A stretch of 64,000 bases of DNA from Octopus sinensis (Eukaryota), in NCBI RefSeq assembly GCF_006345805.1, contig NC_043000.1:54498001-54562000 (forward strand), written 5' to 3'. The position numbers were made by a program, and so were the translations under genes. Below, piece by piece: positions 57,151 through 64,000 of the stretch. Positions within the stretch are counted from its first letter, which is position 1. Every line of letters starts with the position of its first letter. Under the pieces are notes generated by a model that searched no databases, was not told where the DNA came from, and saw only the letters and a list, made by a program, of their open reading frames with translations.

Positions 57151-57990
57151 GTTTTCACCCCGACGAACTGCTTTGCCTTCGATGTATGACCAATGTCCTC
57201 CGATATATTGTGTAGGGCTCTATCTATTTCGATTTACGTTTGATATTTTTCTAGCTGAAGCTGCTAACGACTCCGGTGGTGGAAACAGCTCTGCCCTGCT
57301 TCCATCGATTTTTCTCAATTTAGTTGCGTTCGCCAATTTGGAGGCTTTGTCCTCAAGAGAGACGGCAAAGAGAAATTTTGAGGCGGCGGCGCCGGCGAAA
57401 AAGTCTGATTATTATTGGTGATGGCGGTTGTAGTGGTGGTGGTTGTGGTGGTGGAGATGCAGTCGCTTCCACTGTTTCTGCTATCACTAATACTACTGCT
57501 GACCATCGTTGCTCTTGCCACCGCCGCTTGAGTTGCTGTCAATGCCATTGTTATTACTGTCGCTGCTACTGCTGCTATTCTTCCGGCTGTTCATGATGTG
57601 ACCACTATCATCACTGTCTGTTGCTTCCACTACAACCACTGTTCCTGTCGGTACTGCCAATGCTAATACTGCTGCTATTCTTCTCGCAATCACTTTTACT
57701 ACCACCGCCATCTTGCTTCACTCGACAGGTTAGATTTGGTCTGCTTACATCTCTTTTATATCCTCCCTTCTCCTGCATCATTTTTAGTGAAGGAAGATCA
57801 AGGAAGTATTCAGCTGTAAGAAGGATTCAGCTATAATTACTTGGGGATATTGGAGTTGGATAAATATTTTCCCTTTTGTTTTAAGGTGGTCGCCACCATC
57901 TTGTTCAAATTGCTGTTTTTAAACGCTTTTTGAGCGATTTTTCAGGTGGGCCGAAAAACCGAGAACCCCGTTAGAAGTACCTCCATTTTT
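57150..57990 (-). mobile_element. Possible LINE (L1/Tx1-like) 5'UTR and low-complexity ORF1 relic
   Basis: GC-richer, frameshifted Ser/Asn/Thr-rich coding-like text among LINE fragments; no diagnostic motif was seen. Confidence 0.3.
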
Positions 57991-58129
57991 CAGTAACAAC
58001 TTGGAACGAATATTCTACATGAAAAGCAGTAAAGCAATACCCAACGGGTGTAATCAATGAATATAATGAAGCCTTTCTTAAAGCGTTCAAAAATGCATCC
58101 GACCTATATAGCAGGAAATAATACTGATA

Positions 58130-58347
58130 ATAATCCTTTCTATTATATGCACAAAGCCTGGAATTTCGTGTGAAGGGGACCAGTGGATTATATCGACCCC
58201 AGAGTTTTACTGGTATTTAATTAATTGACGACGAAAAGATGGAAAGCAAAGTCGGCCTCAGGGAAGTTTATGTTCAGAACGTAGTGACTGGCGAAATACC
58301 GCTAGACATTGCATCCTGCGAGCTAAAATATTGCCAGCTCGCCGGCT
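58130..58347 (-). mobile_element. Nin/Deu-core SINE
   Basis: Reverse complement of GGCGAGCTGGCA...GCGGTATTTCGCC..CGTTCTGAAC...GAGGCCGACTTTGCTTTCCATC. Confidence 0.75.
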
Positions 58348-58419
58348 TAACAACAACAACAATGATAACAATAATAGTATTAATAGTAATGATGATGATG
58401 ATGATGATGATAAAAATAC

Positions 58420-58725
58420 TAGTACCAACAGATGGCAAAGTTTCTCTGAAAGAAATGGAGAAACCTGGAAATAAACGTAACTCGAATGTGCAATCTAAAG
58501 ACAGGAACAATTCATAGTGGGCGCATTAGGTATGACCAAAAATATTCAGACAGATACATAACAAAAATACTATGACTATCAAATATATATATAACATGCA
58601 GAAAATAGCACCATTAGGCACTACACACATTCTACGTAAGACACTTTCAATACACTAACCATAAAAGCATCACAGCAAATCACAGAATATAACAAGGCAC
58701 ACACGTTATAAAAATATGACTACTG
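58420..58725 (+). mobile_element. Dong/R4 LINE 3' end fragment
   Basis: VSLKEMEK, IVGALGM and MQKIAPLGTTHILRKTLSI; the 3'UTR ends ACTACTG-(AAT)n as at 61673 and 62814. Confidence 0.85.
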
Positions 58726-58764
58726 AATAATAATAATGGTGTTGATAATAATGACGATAATAAA

Positions 58765-61673
58765 AACTGTACTTATAGAGTGCAACATGAGGAAAACTAA
58801 CTTAGTCATGTCGTGGATCGATTATCCTAAGGTATATGATATGTTCCTACATTCTTGGATTCTGGAATGTATGAAACCATTTAAAATATGGTCGGCGAAG
58901 GAACAACCTCAGCAAAAATCTATCAAAACAACAAATACAGCCTCTGAACAACTCTGGATCCCTATAACAACTGAAGAGGGGACCCAGGCCCTGCAAAGAT
59001 TTAACAAATGAAAGGCAGCCTGGCACGACAAGATCCTCAACTTTTGGTTAAAAGCAAGAACACATAAAAAGTTGGCTGAGAAATTTAATGAATGGCTTAT
59101 GGAAGTGAAGACTATCCTAATTCCTAAATCGACTGAAACGGCAAACCCACAGAATTACATACCTATAACACGTCTCCCAACTATCTTGCAAAGCCTTTAC
59201 CGCAATAATATTGCAGAGAATAAGCAAACATCTGGAAGAAAACACCTATTTCCAGAAGAGCAGAAACGATTATGCAAAGGCTCATATGCCTGTAAAGATC
59301 AGTTACTGATCAATTAATAGATAACTAAAGACAGCTGCAGAAAGGAGAAGAGTGTCAGTATGGCCTGGATCGATTATGAAAGGCTTTTGATAGTATTCCC
59401 AACACATGTATCCAAGAAACACCAGCCATGAACAAAGAAGCACCAATAATCATAAAATATATAAAACATTCCATGAATAAATGGCAGACAGAGCTACAAC
59501 TCCAGACACATAGTGACTTATAAAAATCAAACCCATCTTCACTAGAAGAAGAATATTCTAGGGAGACATGCTCTCTCCACTTCTTTTCTGCTTTACACTG
59601 AAACCTTTATCTGACATGCTAAATGCTAAACAATTGGATGTGGATACAACTGTTGCGGCAAAACAATCAGCCACCTCTACAGGCAGTATATGGATTTACC
59701 AAAGAAATAAACATTAAATATGGCTTAAAAAATGTGCCATAGCAACCTTTAAAAGCGGAAAGCTAGTTAAGAGAAGCAACATCAGAGTACATAAAACAAA
59801 TCAAATAAGAGAATTAGACCAAATCCAGACATACAAGTACTTAGGAATCAATGAACTAGATACGATACAATATGCACAAATGAACGAGAAGATAAGAAAA
59901 GTCTACTATAGACACGTTAGATTAATACTGAAACCAGAACTCAATGCGAAAAACAAGATAATAGGTATCAACACTCTAGCCGTCCTCGTTATAAGTTGCA
60001 GCTACAATATTCTTAACTGGACACTAAATGAACTAATCAGAATAGACAGGAATAGAAGAAAAATAATGAGAGGATTTAGGATGCACCACCCAAAATTTGA
60101 CATAGAAAGGTTATATATAAAACGTATCGAAGGTGGTAGTGACCTTATACAGCAAGAAAACTATTACAAAATAACCACCGTAGCACTACAGAAATATTTA
60201 CTTCAGAAGCAAGGAAAATTAATACAAATAGCCACAAAACACGAACAAAACAAAAAACTGTTTTCAGTCTTTAGGAAAGCTGACAAATACAAAACATGAT
60301 GACATAGTTCCGAAAAACTATGAAGGAGAATAATGGAACAACGAAAGCTGTAAAACAACTGAAATCGACACTAAAACTGGAACAGCGACGGATCATCATA
60401 AAAGGAAGGCAAGAATGGACCCTTCATGGCAAATACTGGGTTAACTAAACAGAAAAGAAATAGACAAAGCAAAATACCAGCAATGGCTGGAAGTTCAGGA
60501 CTCAAAGCAGAGGCTGAAGGATTTTTAATTGCCCCACAATATCAGAAAGTACCAAAACCAAGTAATGAAAAGAAATACAAGAAACTGAAGAGATGTGATA
60601 ATGAAGTAGAAGCAATAAATCATATTTTCTCTGGCTTCCCACTCCTGCCTAAGAAAGAATATATTCACTGACACGACTGGGTTGGGGCCTATATACACTG
60701 AAAGCTATGCCAATACTAAGGAATAACAGCAGGAAAGAGATGGTATAAGCACACGCCAGAAAAGGCCACAGAAAATGAGAAAGCAACAATACCATGGGAT
60801 ATACCAATACACACAGGTAGAGAAAGTAAAGCCAATATGCCGGGTATAGTTGTCTGAGATCACAAGAAAAAATGCCTTCTAATCGGCGTATCAATACCAA
60901 CAGATGACAATGTTTCTCTAAAAGAAACGGAGGAACTTTCAATATACAAGGATCTGGAAATATCAGCAACTCGATTGTGGAGTCTAAAAACAGAAGCAAA
61001 TCCTATCATAGTAGGTGCATTAGATAAAATAAAAAAATGTTCTGACAAATACATAACAAAGACACCAGGATTAACAAGTATATATATTTTCTACTCTAGG
61101 CACACGGCCCGAAATTTCTGGGGACGGGGCCAGTCGATCAGATCGACCACTGTACGCAACTGGTACTTAATTTCTCAACTCCGAAAATTGAAAAGCAAAG
61201 TCGATTTCGGTGGAATGTGAAATCAGAACGTAAAGACACGTAATCCGATTAAGCATTTCACCCAGCGTGCAAAAGTTTCTTATTTCTTTACTGCCCACAA
61301 GGTTTAAACATAGACGGGACAAACAAGGACAGATAAAGGGATTATGTCAATTACATCGGCCTCATTGCGTAACTGGTACTTAATTTATCGACCCCGAAAT
61401 GATGAAAGGCAAAGTCGACCTCAGAACGTAACGGCAGACGAAATACCGCTAGGCATTTCGCCCGGCATGTTAACGTTTCTGCCAGCTCGCTGCCTTTTAA
61501 CAAATATATATAACATACACATGATAGCACTACTAGGCACCACACACATCCTACGTAAAACACTTTCGATACAGTAAAAATAAGAGCGTCACACCAAACC
61601 ACAGCACACATCCAAACGCACAGAGCAGCATTCCGTAACGTAGTGAAATCACGTGAAAAATATAAGACTACTG
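58765..61673 (+). mobile_element. Decayed Dong/R4 LINE (RT plus RLE), interrupted by SINEs at 61090-61497
   Basis: NYIPITRL, PEEQK..CKDQLLIN, AWIDY..FDSIP, GDMLSPLLFC, LNAKNKIIGIN, MHHPKFDIERLY, GLKAEAEGFLIA, IIVGAL; (TAA)n tail. Confidence 0.92.
61090..61497 (-). mobile_element. Two stacked Nin/Deu-core SINEs inserted in the LINE
   Basis: The motif CTGGTACTTAATTT..CCGAAA..TGAAA.GCAAAGTCGA..CAGAACGTAA occurs twice. LINE text (GGATTAACAAGTATATA / TTAACAAATATATA) flanks both sides. Confidence 0.8.
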
Positions 61674-61686
61674 AATAATAATAATA

Positions 61687-61721
<35 letters not shown>

Positions 61722-61736
61722 TAATAATAATAATAA

Positions 61737-62814
61737 TCACACCACCTAATAAATATGAAGAAGAAGAAGAAGAAAAAGAAGAAGAAGAAGAAGAAGAAGA
61801 AGAAGAAGAAGAAGAAGAAGAAGAAGAAGAAGAAGAAGAAGAAGAAGAAGAAGAAGAAGAAGAAGAAGAAGAAGAAGAAGAAACAACAAAAGCTATAAAA
61901 CAAATGAAATCCAAACTAAAAATAGAACAGCAACGAACCATGATAAAACGATGGCAAGAAAAGCCCCTTCATGGTAAATACTGGACTAAACTAAACGCAA
62001 ATGAAATAGACAAAGAAAAACCCCAGCAATGGTTGAGAAGCTCAGGACTCAAAGCAGAGACAGAGAGATTTTTAATTGCAGCACAAGACCAAAGCCTCCC
62101 ACCAGAAATTACCAAAAATATGTAATGAAAAGAAATATTACAAGTAACTGCAGAATATGTGGTGATGGACAAGAAACAATAAATCATATTATCTCTAGCT
62201 GCCCAGTCCTGGCTAAGAAGGAATATTTTCACAGACATGACAGAGTTGGAACCTACATACACTGGAAGCTATGCCAACATTATGGAATAGCAACAGAAAA
62301 AAGATGGTATAGGCACACACCAGAAAAGGTCACAGAAAACGAGAAAGCAACCATACTCTGGGATATGCCGATACACACAGATAGAGAACTTAAGGCCAAC
62401 AGACAAGATATAGTTGTCAGAGATCATGAAGAAAAAAATGCTTTCTAATTGATGTATCAATACCGGCAGATGACAACGTGTCTCTAAAAGAAATGGAGAA
62501 ACTTTCAAAATACAAAGACCTGGAAATAGAGGTAACAAGAATGTGGAATCTAAAAAGAGAAACAATTCCTATCATAGTAGGTGCATTAGGCATGATAAAA
62601 AAATATTCAGACAAATACATAACAAAAGCACCAGGACTTACAAACACATATAACATACAGGAAATTGCACTACTAGGCACTGCACACATCCTACGCAGAA
62701 CACTTTCCACACAATAACCATCAGAGCATCACAACAAATCACAGCACATACCTAAGGCACACAGAGCTGCGCTCGGTAGTGAAGTGAAAGCACGCTATAA
62801 AAATAAAACTACTG
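61737..62814 (+). mobile_element. Younger 5'-truncated Dong/R4 LINE containing an in-frame (GAA)n expansion
   Basis: WQEKPLHGKY, GLKAETERFLIAAQDQ, CRIC..ETINHIISSC, RHD, ILWDMPI, KYKDL, IQEIALLGTAHILRRTLS; (TAA)n on both sides. Confidence 0.93.
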
Positions 62815-62832
62815 AATAATAATAATAATAAT

Positions 62833-62867
<35 letters not shown>

Positions 62868-62880
62868 CAACAATACTAAT

Positions 62881-62911
<31 letters not shown>

Positions 62912-62912
62912 T

Positions 62913-63459
62913 ATGCAGTACCAGGCAGTGGTTCTCATGGCTTCTCATATTAAAAGATTGGAAGTGACATCATGTACATTGTTTTGTCTTGGTATAAAAG
63001 ATGGGCTACAGCAAATACTCTGCTGAATACCACAGAGTTGCTTCTCACTTCCTTGACCTTAACCAGTTGAGCATATCCCTTTGTGGCTGATGATACGTGC
63101 ATCTTTGATCACGAGCAGAAGATGTGTGGGTGCATCATATCCATGTGCTGAGAGGAATTCTTTGGGGTTTGGATAATTCACTCTTGGAAACATGGGTGTT
63201 TCGTTCATCATCGTTAAACAGAACTTATTAAGGGACCTTTTGAGCAAGGTGGGTTACTCGACCTGAAACAAATTCTATCTAAGCCCCACCTGCAAGGTCA
63301 TGCGCGGTTTATCTTGATATAAGATCACCATGTCGCGCAAATATGTTTGTAATGCATGTGCCTAGAGTGCCCTTAACAGACGGGTAGTCATGATAGGTAT
63401 ACTGGGTTCGTATATTTTACTCCAAGGTCACTTTGATGGCATGCACTGTTCTCTCACTC

Positions 63460-63460
<1 letters not shown>
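62913..63460 (+). mobile_element. Family H retroposon, copy 3 (more diverged)
   Basis: Reverse complement of 23729-24284, flanked by (AAT)n. Confidence 0.88.
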
Positions 63461-63556
<96 letters not shown>

Positions 63557-63695
63557 GTTATTATTATTATTATAAGACGAAGAAGAAGGCGAAGAAGAAG
63601 AAGAAGAAGAAGAAGAAGAAGAAGAAGAAGAAGAAGAAGAAGAAGAAGAAGAAGAAGAAGAAGAAGAAGAAGAAGAAGAAGAAGAAGAAGAAGAA
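63460..63695. repeat. (AAT)n-(TAT)n-(GAA)n compound microsatellite
   Basis: Direct reading of the sequence. Confidence 0.95.
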
Positions 63696-64000
63696 AACTT
63701 GTTGCTACTTATGTTGGTGTTGCTGCTCCTGCTACTTCTATGCTGCTGGTTTACGACATACTGCTAGAATGATTAATATATTTCTTTAAATTTCTTTTTA
63801 CGTTCAAACATCTATCATCTGTCAAAATTTCTTTTTTAGAAATTCAATACCACTCTTTTCAAATATATTATACCGATGTAGGTAGTTGTGTTTCAGATAA
63901 ATCTTGCAGTAATATGTTTATACAATAGAACTGTCTGTTGATAGGGCCATGAAAGTAACACTATTTCAGAAGCTATCAATTTTTTTTTAATACCAATGGT

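Overview
AT-rich eukaryotic intergenic or intronic DNA packed with microsatellites and transposons. The SINE families and the (TA)n/(CA)n/(TAA)n load suggest an octopus (coleoid cephalopod) genome; this is an inference. I found no credible host protein-coding exon, and nearly all supplied ORFs are microsatellite read-throughs or antisense frames of transposon relics. Recognisable elements are Dong/R4-type RLE LINEs in (TAA)n runs, Penelope-like (PLE) RT and GIY-YIG relics, RTE, CR1 and L1/Tx1 LINE relics, a Helitron with a PIF1 helicase, maT and mariner relics, MITEs and several SINE families. The most interesting signal is a set of short non-coding PLE-pLTR-like elements next to (TA)n arrays. 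They come from several unrelated families and carry type I hammerhead ribozyme motifs: some have intact cores (18741-18823, 46900-46942, 46598-46638), others have variant cores (U3-A8, extra A after A9). Several form fold-back palindromes, and in one case two inverted hammerhead arms enclose a 218-bp copy of nearby genomic DNA. All alignments, translations and folds were done by eye, and element boundaries are approximate.
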